From IMG/VR virus record IMGVR_UViG_3300015607_000169, positions 7,842 to 71,841 of that record: DNA of 64,000 nucleotides, one strand, 5' to 3'. This document shows, in pieces, positions 1 to 9,651 of this stretch. The stretch comes from a virus (Duplodnaviria > Caudoviricetes). How positions within the stretch are numbered: position 1 is the stretch's first letter; each line of letters begins with the position of its first letter. Under the pieces are notes generated by a model. The model had not been told where the DNA came from, searched no databases, and was given only the letters and a program-made list of their open reading frames with translations. Position numbers and translations under genes: made by a program.

Positions 1-381
1 GGGAGCGGAGCATTTGCTACTACTCATAAACTACCAGAGCACCTCCAAGTCTACGGAGATCTAATAACCCCTAAGAACTTTAAATTCATAATTGAATGTA
101 AGAAGGGTTATAACAAAGAAGGACTAGAATCAGTATTTAATCCTAATTCAATTTTGAATGAAATGATAGCCCAGGCAGCCAGGGATTCGAATAAGGCTAA
201 CAGATTTTTTTTATTGATTATCGCTCAAGACAGAAAAGATCCAATAGTTTTTACGAATAAATACTGTCCTAGTATGGAAAGCCATTGGTTTATTTCAATG
301 CATAGAACTATTCTAGAAAGTTACTATGCAATGGACCTAAAAGAATTCCTAACCTTTGATGACAGTTTCTTCTTTAATTAA
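1..381 (+). CDS. PD-(D/E)XK Holliday junction resolvase-like nuclease (T5 D14/Hjc type), 5' truncated by window
   Basis: Frame 1 is open from base 1: GSGAFATTHKLPEHLQVYGDLITPKNFKFIIECKKGY, with GD...IECK catalytic pattern; continuous with ORF 154..381. Confidence 0.7.
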   Translation, partial: GSGAFATTHKLPEHLQVYGDLITPKNFKFIIECKKGYNKEGLESVFNPNSILNEMIAQAARDSNKANRFFLLIIAQDRKDPIVFTNKYCPSMESHWFISMHRTILESYYAMDLKEFLTFDDSFFFN

Positions 382-2862
382 GAGAAGATTGTCTAATAGG
401 ATTTGTTGAGCAGAAATAAATGCATTAATCAGTTCAGTCGAGCTATTAATCTTACCCAGACCCTTTCTCCGATCATAATGTTTCATTAGATGCTCATTAA
501 ATTGCACTATTGAAGTAGTAGAGATTTCCCCAGAATCCCTCTTTCTAATAGCATCATTCAAGGTAATTTTCATTTTACCATCTCTATGAACTAGTTGGAA
601 TTTATTACCTGCTGCTTCTAAATTCCACTGACCATCATTCTTTGCAAATGAACCAATTGCAGCCCTCATTACTTCGTTCTGACGGAAAATATAATTCTTT
701 TTGCTAATCAATCCTCTAAAGTCACACATTGTTCCGTCATCATCAGCAGCACCAGCATACATGAATTTCATCATCATATGATTTCTAGCTGCTTTATTAC
801 CGTTCTTAACGTCCTTAACTACTTGTTGATTCTTTAGAAGCGTAGCTGTATATTGCTTTATCTTTTCGCCTAGCTCAACTTTATCCTCATCCTTATGGGA
901 TTCCAGATACTTCTTTGTTAAAGTAAAGAGATCTTGTTTAGCAGACTTCTTATCCTTTGAGCTAAGATCTACGTCAGTAAATTCCCGAACTAATTTATCA
1001 TAACAGGTATGAACAAAGTTATCCAAAGCTCTTTCATTCACTACTTTACCATTAATCATGGTTTTCATATTGTTTGAAAGTTTTCTGATTGTGTCTCCAA
1101 CATTCATTAGTTTAGATTGATACTCTTGGACTTGAGTTACAGATTCGGGATCTAATCCAATCGTTTGTGATACAACTTGGCATAGCGGATCGTTAACGGC
1201 TAATCCGTCTAAGAATCCTGCTAGATGGTCGTCAAATGCTCCTACAGAAGCAGTCCCCGCTACAGCCTCATCCAGATACATATAATTCTTGAGACTAGTC
1301 TTAACTAAGAATACTGGTTGATTACTATCAATTCCAATAGAAGTAAGAGACTTTAGCAAGCCATCATTACTTCGTGCCGCAACTTTTATTGTTACGGGCT
1401 TAATCATTGCTTTGATATCTTCCGGCGAGAATCCCTGCCTTGTTAATGCTTCTTGGCATGAAGGTAAATCAAAGTAAACTTCTGAAACGTCATCGCGCTT
1501 CCCATTACCTGTGTCAGTTCCAGTGGCAATAATAAAGTCTGCATTTCTAGTTGAGAGAGCTTCTTTGCTATGTTGGAACATTGAATAGATTAGATTTTTT
1601 CCATCTTCACCTTCACCAAGTAATTCACTTAACTCATCAATAAGTTGGGAAGTATCAGGTGAAATAGCAGATTGTTGATGTTTGATAATCCAAGATTCTA
1701 AGTTTTTTCCGACTTTCCTAAGCTTCTCATTTAATTCCTCGCTAGCAGATTTAATATGCTCATCAAAAGCATCGAATCCCTTTTTCTTTCTCAGAATCTT
1801 TAGTTTTTTAGATATTAGTTTCATCTTTAGATGTCTCAAAGATGTAATCTCAAGAATCTTTTCAAATGCTAGTCCTCTAGCAACATTATCAATTCCTGTA
1901 TTACATTTCTTTTTAACATCAACTACATCGAATAGAGGCTTTCCACCCTTAAACTTATCTTCAATAGAGTCAATAATTGCGGTGAGAAATCCTTCATCTG
2001 GTTTCTTTCCGTCATGGAAAACAAGTCCGGAATCTTCTAGATCAGTGTAAATAGCAACTTGCCCATTAGAGTGAGGTCTAATGAACTTTTTTAATTTCTT
2101 CTCATCATCAGGACTTAAGGTGTTCTTTACTAAGCAGTCAAAAAGAAACTTTATATTTAATGCTACTTCCTTAATTGTTCTCGGTTCTGGGGATACGTCT
2201 TGGGTGACAAGTTCCCCCTTTGTATCCTTAATAACTCTAAACTTTACATTCATTAACAATCTTTCTAGGGACGCATTGTAGCCTCCAAACAAAAACATCT
2301 CAAACTTAGGCTTAGATTTTTCCCATCCCATTCTCTTACTTTTCTTGGAGAGATTTTTCCAAATATTCTCTGAGTTAGTTGCTAGATGCTGGAATACATC
2401 TAATACTGGATTCAGGTCCTCTCCACCAGCATTCAAGTATGTGTCAGAGTTTTGGAATGTAGTTCCTGGAGCAGTTTTAGGATCCTTCTGTCCTGTAGAT
2501 TGGGGTTCCTGTGATTGATCCTCCGAGAAAAATCCAACAAATGTTGGGTTGAGCACGCCATTAGTCTTTGCTGGCTGTCCGTGATTTACTGTAGTAACTC
2601 CTCCTCCAGTTTGGAGCGAAGTTCCATATTTAATATCATGTATATTACCTGATTTTGCGTAAAGATATACAGCTTCGGCTCTTACAAGACCATCTGCCTT
2701 AGATAAAGTAATAAAGTTGTTGTTTAGATTCTCTGGTTTAACCTTTGCTACTGCTTGGTTAGCTAACAGTTCCGCCTGTGCTCTATCCCCAGATTCGACA
2801 AGGCGAAGCTTACGCTTCTTAAGTTTATCGTAGCTATTTAGAAGTTGGTCGAAAAAGTCCAT
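349..2862 (-). CDS. Large hypothetical protein (837 aa), possible capsid-internal protein with weak nuclease-like motifs
   Basis: Long ORF directly downstream of the tail tube gene; N-terminus ends in RLVE|S like a head-protease site; GKRDDV...KTSLK resembles a PD-(D/E)XK core (weak). Confidence 0.6.
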   Translation of the reverse strand: MDFFDQLLNSYDKLKKRKLRLVESGDRAQAELLANQAVAKVKPENLNNNFITLSKADGLVRAEAVYLYAKSGNIHDIKYGTSLQTGGGVTTVNHGQPAKTNGVLNPTFVGFFSEDQSQEPQSTGQKDPKTAPGTTFQNSDTYLNAGGEDLNPVLDVFQHLATNSENIWKNLSKKSKRMGWEKSKPKFEMFLFGGYNASLERLLMNVKFRVIKDTKGELVTQDVSPEPRTIKEVALNIKFLFDCLVKNTLSPDDEKKLKKFIRPHSNGQVAIYTDLEDSGLVFHDGKKPDEGFLTAIIDSIEDKFKGGKPLFDVVDVKKKCNTGIDNVARGLAFEKILEITSLRHLKMKLISKKLKILRKKKGFDAFDEHIKSASEELNEKLRKVGKNLESWIIKHQQSAISPDTSQLIDELSELLGEGEDGKNLIYSMFQHSKEALSTRNADFIIATGTDTGNGKRDDVSEVYFDLPSCQEALTRQGFSPEDIKAMIKPVTIKVAARSNDGLLKSLTSIGIDSNQPVFLVKTSLKNYMYLDEAVAGTASVGAFDDHLAGFLDGLAVNDPLCQVVSQTIGLDPESVTQVQEYQSKLMNVGDTIRKLSNNMKTMINGKVVNERALDNFVHTCYDKLVREFTDVDLSSKDKKSAKQDLFTLTKKYLESHKDEDKVELGEKIKQYTATLLKNQQVVKDVKNGNKAARNHMMMKFMYAGAADDDGTMCDFRGLISKKNYIFRQNEVMRAAIGSFAKNDGQWNLEAAGNKFQLVHRDGKMKITLNDAIRKRDSGEISTTSIVQFNEHLMKHYDRRKGLGKINSSTELINAFISAQQILLDNLLLIKEETVIKG

Positions 2863-2881
2863 ATCCCTAATAATACACAGG

Positions 2882-2913
2882 TAGTCTATCTCTATGTATT
2901 AAGAGATAGACTA
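2882..2913 (-). terminator. 12-bp perfect stem-loop after the tail tube gene
   Basis: TAGTCTATCTCT-ATGTATTA-AGAGATAGACTA in the 2863-2932 intergenic gap. Confidence 0.6.
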
Positions 2914-2932
2914 TTGTTAAAGACCCACCATA

Positions 2933-3523
2933 TTACCGCTGATACTTGTAGTAGTCAATAAAGTCCCAACGGAAAGTTACTTCTAAAGTTGAGAACTCAT
3001 TCGTTGAATAGTTCTTCTCGGAGAATCTTACTGCTTTTGGATAAACTCCATATAACTCGATTGCAGCATGGGGATTCTTAGTATTGTCTAATTCCATGAT
3101 TGTAGCCTTAGCTGCCTTGAATGAACGATTTCCTGCACCTCCGGGTGCTGCAAGTTTCGTCATATCACCAGTAACAGGGTCATAGATTGTCTTAAACCAT
3201 TCCCATAGTGCAGGAGAAGTATTCTTTAGATAGAGATTATCAAAAGTAACCTGGAGTTCCTCTGGCGAAGCAATACCAGGATAGAATATCTTATCATTTA
3301 CTCTTTGAACTGCAATATCCTCTACAGACATTCCAACAGGTCCAACTCTCTTTGCTGCAAGAGTTAAATCCTGTTGACTACCCGCTAAAGCAGCAGGGAG
3401 TCCATAGAATCTCATTTCAAATTGATAAGTTCTAACTGAGTCTAACTGAGTGGAAATCTTAGGAAGAGTTTCCCCTGGCTTGAAGTTAGCTCTAAAATTG
3501 TTCTTGTATAAGCTTTGTGGCAT
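2933..3523 (-). CDS. gp19: Tail tube protein (T4 gp19 family)
   Basis: 196 aa after the sheath gene; YPG...ELQVTF, LWEWF..IYDPVTG, LYGVYP, LEVTFRWDF motifs. Confidence 0.9.
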   Translation of the reverse strand: MPQSLYKNNFRANFKPGETLPKISTQLDSVRTYQFEMRFYGLPAALAGSQQDLTLAAKRVGPVGMSVEDIAVQRVNDKIFYPGIASPEELQVTFDNLYLKNTSPALWEWFKTIYDPVTGDMTKLAAPGGAGNRSFKAAKATIMELDNTKNPHAAIELYGVYPKAVRFSEKNYSTNEFSTLEVTFRWDFIDYYKYQR

Positions 3524-3528
3524 TGTGA

Positions 3529-5517
3529 TTATCCGTTAATTGTTGCAGACTGATTTGTAACATTTACTTCGAATACAACCCATTCTGCTGCTAGAACTGG
3601 CTTGATCGAAACTGAACACCACATTTCCTTTCTATCTCTACGTAGTGGCGTATTTGTAGTAGAGTCACACTTTACTGCGCCTTCTGAAATTGCTTGACGA
3701 GCAATTAGATCATCAAGGAATGGTCTGATTGCATCCTCAACTAATTCCCAAGTAAACTCATCATTAGGTTCAAACTGGAATGGCTTTCCTAATTGTAGAA
3801 GAACTTTTCTAATATAGATCAATAGTCTACGAACGTTTACTGATTGAAGGGCAGAAGGAAGTCTATCTGTGGTTTTTTGCCCCATGATAGTAATTCCAAA
3901 TTGAGGTTCCTTTACGATTGGATTGATGGAATTAGTATAAAGTGCTCCCTTATCTCCTTCATTCAATCTAACCTCAATATCAACTGGTTTGGTTAGTCTG
4001 CCTCTGTTATACCCTGCTGGTGCATACCAAGGATCTTTTACTCCATCAGTATAGACACATTGGCGAGCAAAGAAGATTGCAGGATCATACCATTCATCGG
4101 CTCCTGCAAAGTAATTGTAGACCTGAACCCAAGGCCAAGCTACTGTCGCATAATTTGAGTTCAATGCAGCAGTTCTTGTTTCCTTACCATTGATCCAATT
4201 TACAGCTTCCTGAGTTGTGTCTAAACCCATTGGAGGAGCCATAACTGCTAAGAATTCCTTAGTAGTTTCTGCGAGAGTTACTAAAGCATTTTGAACGTCT
4301 TGATGGGTAATCCCAGGAACTAGTGCAATAGAAATGTTAAGTGATGGATCATCTAATGCATACAATCCTGTTTTTAAGGTTGAGGTTCCAATTAATCCTG
4401 TTCTATCAGCACTTGATCCTTCTTCTGTAGTTGAGTAACCTGAATTACCTCCTGCAACAGAATAAGTTCCTTCAATCATCTTAAGGAATCTTGGAGTAGT
4501 GAAGTAAGTTGATCCTCCATAGCTAAAGGATCTTGATATTGAAATTGCATCAGCAGGATTATCTTTAGCTGTGAATGCAGATCCCGAAGCTAGTAATTGC
4601 ACATTTACTAAGTTGCTTTGGTTTACAGTAGAGTCAGTATTTAATACATGCTCGATACTTGCAATTGAAGAAGGTGCAAATTCAACTAAGAATTGCTCTG
4701 CTAAGACTCCATCTGAGTTTACCGTAACATTATCTCTCATGGACTTGGAATCTACTTCCACTGAAAGTCCGACTACCGATCCGTCGCGGAGGCTTGAAAG
4801 GTTGTATCCTGAGCCCTTATAGACCGTCTCAAAGAGAGCATAGACTGAGCTTGCCCCTGTTGATACTGCTGTTCCACCTGAGGCTGTTACATTTGTTGCG
4901 CCAGTTCCTAGTGGACCAGAAGCATGTAATCCTGTTACTGTCCAGCCAGCAGAAGAGACCTGTAACTTTGCACTTGAACCAGCATATCTACCAACTAAGT
5001 AAAGATTATCACTGGAATCTACATCGGCAAATATAGCTGCATCATTAACCAAACTCTTACTAAAGTAGCTTTGAAGAGCAGCCTTTGTAGTTGCATAAGT
5101 TGAATCTACGCTAATAACGGAACTTGTATCTAAAGTTCCATTGTTATCCCATACTGCAACATAAAGTGAGCTTGCTGTAGTTAGAGTAGAATTAGGGATT
5201 TGAATCGCTGGACAGAATCCCACTGTTACCGTTGCTGATGCGACAGTTGCAGTTCCGTTATCTGCTCTAACAAAGTAAACCTGATTCGTTGCCTCAAGAA
5301 TCTCTATTGCTCCTTCAAGACCTTGGCCCGGAATATTTGAACTAGGCTTACCAAACTTGTTGAGCAAATCATTCTGAGATGTGACTAGAGTTGCTTCGTT
5401 AATTGGGCCTTTATCGGCAAATCCAACTATCCCTACGATAGACGAATCAACATTAGGTGCGAAAATTGATTGATTGTTTTCTAAAACAACTACTGAAGGA
5501 CTAGCCGGTAATGCCAT
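3529..5517 (-). CDS. gp18: Tail sheath protein (T4 gp18 family)
   Basis: SPSVVVLE, GFADKGPINEATLV, WYAPAGYNRG, GQKT, VNVRRLLIYI, FEPNDEFTW, CDSTTNTP motifs. Confidence 0.95.
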   Translation of the reverse strand: MALPASPSVVVLENNQSIFAPNVDSSIVGIVGFADKGPINEATLVTSQNDLLNKFGKPSSNIPGQGLEGAIEILEATNQVYFVRADNGTATVASATVTVGFCPAIQIPNSTLTTASSLYVAVWDNNGTLDTSSVISVDSTYATTKAALQSYFSKSLVNDAAIFADVDSSDNLYLVGRYAGSSAKLQVSSAGWTVTGLHASGPLGTGATNVTASGGTAVSTGASSVYALFETVYKGSGYNLSSLRDGSVVGLSVEVDSKSMRDNVTVNSDGVLAEQFLVEFAPSSIASIEHVLNTDSTVNQSNLVNVQLLASGSAFTAKDNPADAISISRSFSYGGSTYFTTPRFLKMIEGTYSVAGGNSGYSTTEEGSSADRTGLIGTSTLKTGLYALDDPSLNISIALVPGITHQDVQNALVTLAETTKEFLAVMAPPMGLDTTQEAVNWINGKETRTAALNSNYATVAWPWVQVYNYFAGADEWYDPAIFFARQCVYTDGVKDPWYAPAGYNRGRLTKPVDIEVRLNEGDKGALYTNSINPIVKEPQFGITIMGQKTTDRLPSALQSVNVRRLLIYIRKVLLQLGKPFQFEPNDEFTWELVEDAIRPFLDDLIARQAISEGAVKCDSTTNTPLRRDRKEMWCSVSIKPVLAAEWVVFEVNVTNQSATING

Positions 5518-5538
5518 GATTTTCCCTTGTTATATTAC

Positions 5539-5545
5539 TATTTAG
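5539..5545 (-). promoter_or_regulatory. T4-type late promoter motif CTAAATA upstream of sheath
   Basis: tatttag on + strand, 21 nt before the sheath ATG; same motif recurs before other late blocks. Confidence 0.65.
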
Positions 5546-5556
5546 AGTAGACTTCA

Positions 5557-5745
5557 TTATTTTGTGGGTGCAATTTTTGTGACCCTTATTAACCTACGTC
5601 TAATGAAGGTCTCCAAAATCCTAGATTGGTATGAGTCTGGAATTCTAATCGAGGTTTTAGGTCTCAAGTAGATCTCCAGTAATCCCTGAGGGGTGTTGAA
5701 CAATATATTCAATCCCTGTAAAGATGTATTTTGAACCAATCGCAT
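5557..5745 (-). CDS. Small conserved-looking late protein (62 aa)
   Basis: AGGAG RBS 8 nt before ATG, own TAAATA motif, fills the gp15-sheath gap. Confidence 0.75.
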   Translation of the reverse strand: MRLVQNTSLQGLNILFNTPQGLLEIYLRPKTSIRIPDSYQSRILETFIRRRLIRVTKIAPTK

Positions 5746-5751
5746 AAAATA

Positions 5752-5783
5752 AACTCCTATCGTTATTTACCTAAATAGGAGTT
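5752..5783 (-). promoter_or_regulatory. RBS-occluding hairpin with late promoter GTAAATA (5764-5770) in the loop
   Basis: Minus strand AACTCCTAT-TTAGGTAAATAACG-ATAGGAGTT-TATTTT-ATG; 9-bp stem covers AGGAG. Confidence 0.7.
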
Positions 5784-5791
5784 CAAATTAA

Positions 5792-6517
5792 CTATAAATT
5801 CTCTCTTAACTCAATTGTTTCGATTGGATTATCTGTTTCTAGGTCTTGTGACTGATTAAATACCTCAACATCCACGTTAAATGCCTCTAATTCTCCATTC
5901 ACTGTGTAAAGGAACTTAGGGGCAGGAAGGTAAGTTTCTACTTTTATAGTGAGGGACTTTCTTAGGATTCTATCGGTTCCATCAGAAGCTTCGTGTTCTC
6001 CAACATCATCTTCTGATTCCAAGAATGCTTTTGTATAATCACTAAAGTCTGTTCTAATATCCATTTCTGGATTGAATAGACTAAAGATTGCATATCTAAG
6101 CATGTCCATATCAACTGCATACTTAGCCCAAATATTAATACGATACATTAAGTCTACAGGTCTAGGAGAAAAGGATAGGATTCTCTTAGCCTTATTTTCC
6201 TTTGAATCCCAAATTTTCTCATTGATTAAAACTGGATTATATCTACTTCTTTGAGTGTCAACAACAGCGTTTGCTTCTGTTATGCTAATCAATGGCAAAA
6301 CTAACGTTGTATCCTTTTTGTCTCTTCCAACCATTCTCTCTTGTCTGCCATTTACACACTTCACTTTAACCAATTCATCATTAGCATCAGTGTAATATAG
6401 ACTTCCAAAGATGTTTAAAAGCTCCCTCATTATCTGATAGTATGCAGTCTTTGTAATTGCATAGTGCTTTTGATTTGTCATTTGAAGCAATTTATTACTA
6501 ACTTCTGGATCTAGCAT
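5792..6517 (-). CDS. gp15: Tail terminator / sheath stabiliser (T4 gp15-like)
   Basis: LVLPLISI, PRPVDLMYRINIWAKY, RILRKSLTIKVETYLP; follows the gp13/gp14-like genes. Confidence 0.75.
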   Translation of the reverse strand: MLDPEVSNKLLQMTNQKHYAITKTAYYQIMRELLNIFGSLYYTDANDELVKVKCVNGRQERMVGRDKKDTTLVLPLISITEANAVVDTQRSRYNPVLINEKIWDSKENKAKRILSFSPRPVDLMYRINIWAKYAVDMDMLRYAIFSLFNPEMDIRTDFSDYTKAFLESEDDVGEHEASDGTDRILRKSLTIKVETYLPAPKFLYTVNGELEAFNVDVEVFNQSQDLETDNPIETIELRENL

Positions 6518-7068
6518 TAGTATCTTCCTCCAACATGGTCTACTACATCTGGTAGAGATTCATTTCTAATAGCTTCATTATCACGAAGAAGTTTAGCATG
6601 GGCCATTATATGATAGATTCCATAGCTCTCAAAGCTATCCTCTTGGACTTCATACACTTCAAACTTCATGTTTTGGAATGTAGGAAGTAGAACGTCTCCA
6701 GGCTTAATTACTCTTCCAACCTTTCTTTCTAAGTAACTCTTATTGAATACGAACACCTGATCGTTTTGAACTTCTACTCCAAACTGAGTAAGATTCTCCT
6801 CAATAACTCTAGGGTCGTAATGCCCATAAAGTCTAATTGGTGTATTGGAAACTACTTTCTTTTTAGTTTCCATATACACTTCATCGTAATCTCCCTTAGA
6901 TTCATTCTTGAACAAAAGGATTTCTGAACCCGATAGACGAATAATCTCATCATCTATTAGATTGAACATATTCTTATCAGGATTGTTCTTATCAAACAAA
7001 GATAAGACAGATTCCCCATCTGGGTCTGGGTAATTAGTCGGAGCGGTTGTTACAGAGAATTTTTTCAT
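6517..7068 (-). CDS. gp14: Neck / head-closure protein (T4 gp14-like)
   Basis: DEVYME, LTQFGVEVQND..F, KPGDVL, FEVYEVQ motifs; start moved to the ATG 1 nt after the gp13 stop (MKKF...). Confidence 0.8.
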   Translation of the reverse strand: MKKFSVTTAPTNYPDPDGESVLSLFDKNNPDKNMFNLIDDEIIRLSGSEILLFKNESKGDYDEVYMETKKKVVSNTPIRLYGHYDPRVIEENLTQFGVEVQNDQVFVFNKSYLERKVGRVIKPGDVLLPTFQNMKFEVYEVQEDSFESYGIYHIMAHAKLLRDNEAIRNESLPDVVDHVGGRY

Positions 7069-7069
7069 A

Positions 7070-7927
7070 CTAAGCGAGATCAAAAAGTGGTGGAGTTTCT
7101 ATCTCATATAGAAGTTCTTCTTGGAGCTTTTCCTTTTCTTCTTTGGCTTCTAATAGTAATGCTTGCCCATCAAGTCTAGATCCACCAGAAGGTCCAGGGA
7201 GAGTTTCATATTTTGATCTAACTCTACCTAAGATTTCCTTTGCAACACAAAGAGCATATCGTTGAATCCAATTCTTATAAGCAGGAAGAATTGTATCGGC
7301 ATTGATTCCTCTGTATTCTAAGATTACAGCTTCATCGTAAGAAGGGACTGGGAATAAATGAAGATACTTACCGCCAACCAAAGTCCAAGTTCCACCTTGC
7401 CCTAGAATCTTTCTTACTTGTTTGAGATATTGTTGCATTAACATATACTGACCCATATTCATGTTATTGAATAAGCCAGTATTGGTAAAGAACATAATCG
7501 CAAAGTCGTATTCTAGAGATCCAGGAGTTACGGCAAGATTAAAGAGTTGTTTATGATACCAAACTTCCGATAGATTGTTAGCCACAGACGGAGGAAGTTC
7601 GTATACATTAACTCCCGCAGACGTATCAAATGTTGCATATTGTGTCATCCATTCAGGAGCATGATAGTCCAACTTTGAGATTGCTTCTTCTATACAGGAT
7701 TGAAGTTGGAAGTCAGTAAGTTCTACTCTTATAGTAGGATGCCCTAATCTAGCAAGAATAAAATCCTTGATTGTTTGTTGAAATGCTTTGAATTCAACAA
7801 CAGAAGTTTCCTCCTGGTTATTCATATCCTGTGATATGGGTTCGGGCGGTTTGTAGTCTTTTAATCGACTTCCACCAAACTTACCATAAGAGGAACCATA
7901 TTGAGTGATTGTTGGAATTCCTATCAT
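7070..7927 (-). CDS. gp13: Neck protein (T4 gp13-like)
   Basis: ILARLGHPTIRVELTDFQL..CI, WIQRYAL...KEILGRVRSKY..LPGP.G...LDG..L. Confidence 0.9.
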   Translation of the reverse strand: MIGIPTITQYGSSYGKFGGSRLKDYKPPEPISQDMNNQEETSVVEFKAFQQTIKDFILARLGHPTIRVELTDFQLQSCIEEAISKLDYHAPEWMTQYATFDTSAGVNVYELPPSVANNLSEVWYHKQLFNLAVTPGSLEYDFAIMFFTNTGLFNNMNMGQYMLMQQYLKQVRKILGQGGTWTLVGGKYLHLFPVPSYDEAVILEYRGINADTILPAYKNWIQRYALCVAKEILGRVRSKYETLPGPSGGSRLDGQALLLEAKEEKEKLQEELLYEIETPPLFDLA

Positions 7928-7940
7928 AATGCTTCTTAAG

Positions 7941-7947
7941 TATTTAC
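7941..7947 (-). promoter_or_regulatory. Late promoter motif GTAAATA upstream of gp13
   Basis: tatttac 13 nt before the ATG, just after the capsid terminator. Confidence 0.6.
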
Positions 7948-7960
7948 TGTATAGAAATGA

Positions 7961-7988
7961 ATAAAGCCCGGTATTGACCGGGCTTTAT
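7961..7988 (-). terminator. Intrinsic terminator of the major capsid transcript
   Basis: ATAAAGCCCGGT-ATTG-ACCGGGCTTTAT perfect 12-bp stem, 26 nt after the MCP stop, T-rich tail on minus strand. Confidence 0.85.
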
Positions 7989-8014
7989 GTTAATTCTTAT
8001 CCGACAGATAAGGA

Positions 8015-9649
8015 TTAGTATGCTAAGGATGATTGCGTTATACCCTGATATGCAGTCTGTCTTACGATTCCTCTTGAGAGCCAATCTGCGCCCGTTCCTA
8101 CGATTCTAATGACGCGGAAGAATCTCGAAGCTGGCTGAATTGCAAGCTTACCATAACGAGTCAACACACCCTTACGTGGTTGGAACGTTTCTGGGTCAGT
8201 GATGGTTTGCAGTGGCATCAATGGGATGTATGGGCAGTATACAAGTCCTGCATCCATATTGCTTGAGCCCTTGTAACCAACAATGATTTCGTCCTCTGGG
8301 AACATTGGGTCAATGATTAGATCATACTTTCCTGCGAACTTACCAACATACTTGACAGAGTTACTGTCAGCGGTATTCGTTGGCTTATCAGTAAGGGCTA
8401 ATCCGCCTTCTAGCTTTGCAGCAGATTCTAGCATTGATGCCATAATTGGTGAAGTGATTAGCACTGAACCAGGACCACGGAATGTCGTGCGATAGATATC
8501 GTTTGAAGCAAAGTTGATTAGAGCTAGAACGTTGCTGTAAACGTGCCCTAAGTGTTGTGGTGCGTATGCTGCCCCAGTTGTATAGAACTGTGCGAGGTCC
8601 ATTACATAAACGTTTGATCCTGATGTGTTTGGCTCCGTTTCTGCTGCTGGAGTCGTTGGATTTTCGTATGTAAATGATGCTGGACTAAACGTATTACCGT
8701 CTGGGCCGATACCACCAATTTCAGGGAAGTTATCTGCGTTACCATTGAATAGTGACCTTAGATACCATCCACCATAAGAAGTAGTTCCTAGGGTGTTTAA
8801 TCCGTATGCAATCATACGGATATCTTCAATCAATTCACGGTCGATTTCAAGCTGAATTTCCTTTGTTAAGAGTTCAGTGAGTTCGTTTTCCATATCAAGG
8901 TTATGATATGCCTTGAGGTCTTGTGCAGCTTCTAACGTCCAAAGTGCTCTCATCTTACGAGTGCGAGCTTGGACTGTCTGCTTCTGAATGTGCAACGTAA
9001 CTTCTGGAATTCCAGAAGTTCTTAGTTGTTCTCCTGCTGATACTGACCATCCGAGAATTGTATTCCCAGTTCCAAATGATCCAGTTACAGGCCAGCCAGC
9101 AATCCCACCACCAATCGTAGTTGAGACTGAGCCCTTAGTGGGTTGCAATACGTTGGAAAGGTCAAACCCTGCTCCGTTTACGTTACCATAATTGTTACCA
9201 TATTGTAATGCGGAGGTTCCGCCAATCGTAGTCCATCCAGCAGTTCCGGCCCCTGATGTTGACCCAATTCTTCCAGCAACTCTATTGAAAGGAGTGATCT
9301 GGAACATTGAATACATGGTTTGAACGTTAGAGCCATATACTCTTGAGTTACCCATGTAGAACACTTGGCTAACTGGACCATCCATTGCCTGAGTTGCACC
9401 AATCTTATTGAAGATTAGCTCTGGGAAGATTCTACGAATCATTGGGAACGCCCACTTCTGGAATGTTCCTAAGCGACCGACAGTTGTAGTTCCTGTTCCG
9501 AGTGCTTCTTCGTTCATCTTCTCTGCCATGAAAGCCTTAGCCTGATTGTCTAATAGCTTGGCAGTCGTTAATGCGGTGTGTTGATCCGTAATCCCCTCAA
9601 GGATTGGTCCCCAACGCTTTAGTAAGTCATCTTTTTCTAGAGTTACCAT
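8015..9649 (-). CDS. gp23: Major capsid protein (T4 gp23 family)
   Basis: RWGPILEGI, FPMIRRIFPELI, QAMDGPVSQVFY, RKMRALWTLEAAQDLKAYHNLDMENEL, YCPYIPL, FQPRKGVLTRYG; AAAGGA RBS. Confidence 0.97.
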   Translation of the reverse strand: MVTLEKDDLLKRWGPILEGITDQHTALTTAKLLDNQAKAFMAEKMNEEALGTGTTTVGRLGTFQKWAFPMIRRIFPELIFNKIGATQAMDGPVSQVFYMGNSRVYGSNVQTMYSMFQITPFNRVAGRIGSTSGAGTAGWTTIGGTSALQYGNNYGNVNGAGFDLSNVLQPTKGSVSTTIGGGIAGWPVTGSFGTGNTILGWSVSAGEQLRTSGIPEVTLHIQKQTVQARTRKMRALWTLEAAQDLKAYHNLDMENELTELLTKEIQLEIDRELIEDIRMIAYGLNTLGTTSYGGWYLRSLFNGNADNFPEIGGIGPDGNTFSPASFTYENPTTPAAETEPNTSGSNVYVMDLAQFYTTGAAYAPQHLGHVYSNVLALINFASNDIYRTTFRGPGSVLITSPIMASMLESAAKLEGGLALTDKPTNTADSNSVKYVGKFAGKYDLIIDPMFPEDEIIVGYKGSSNMDAGLVYCPYIPLMPLQTITDPETFQPRKGVLTRYGKLAIQPASRFFRVIRIVGTGADWLSRGIVRQTAYQGITQSSLAY

Positions 9650-9651
9650 GA

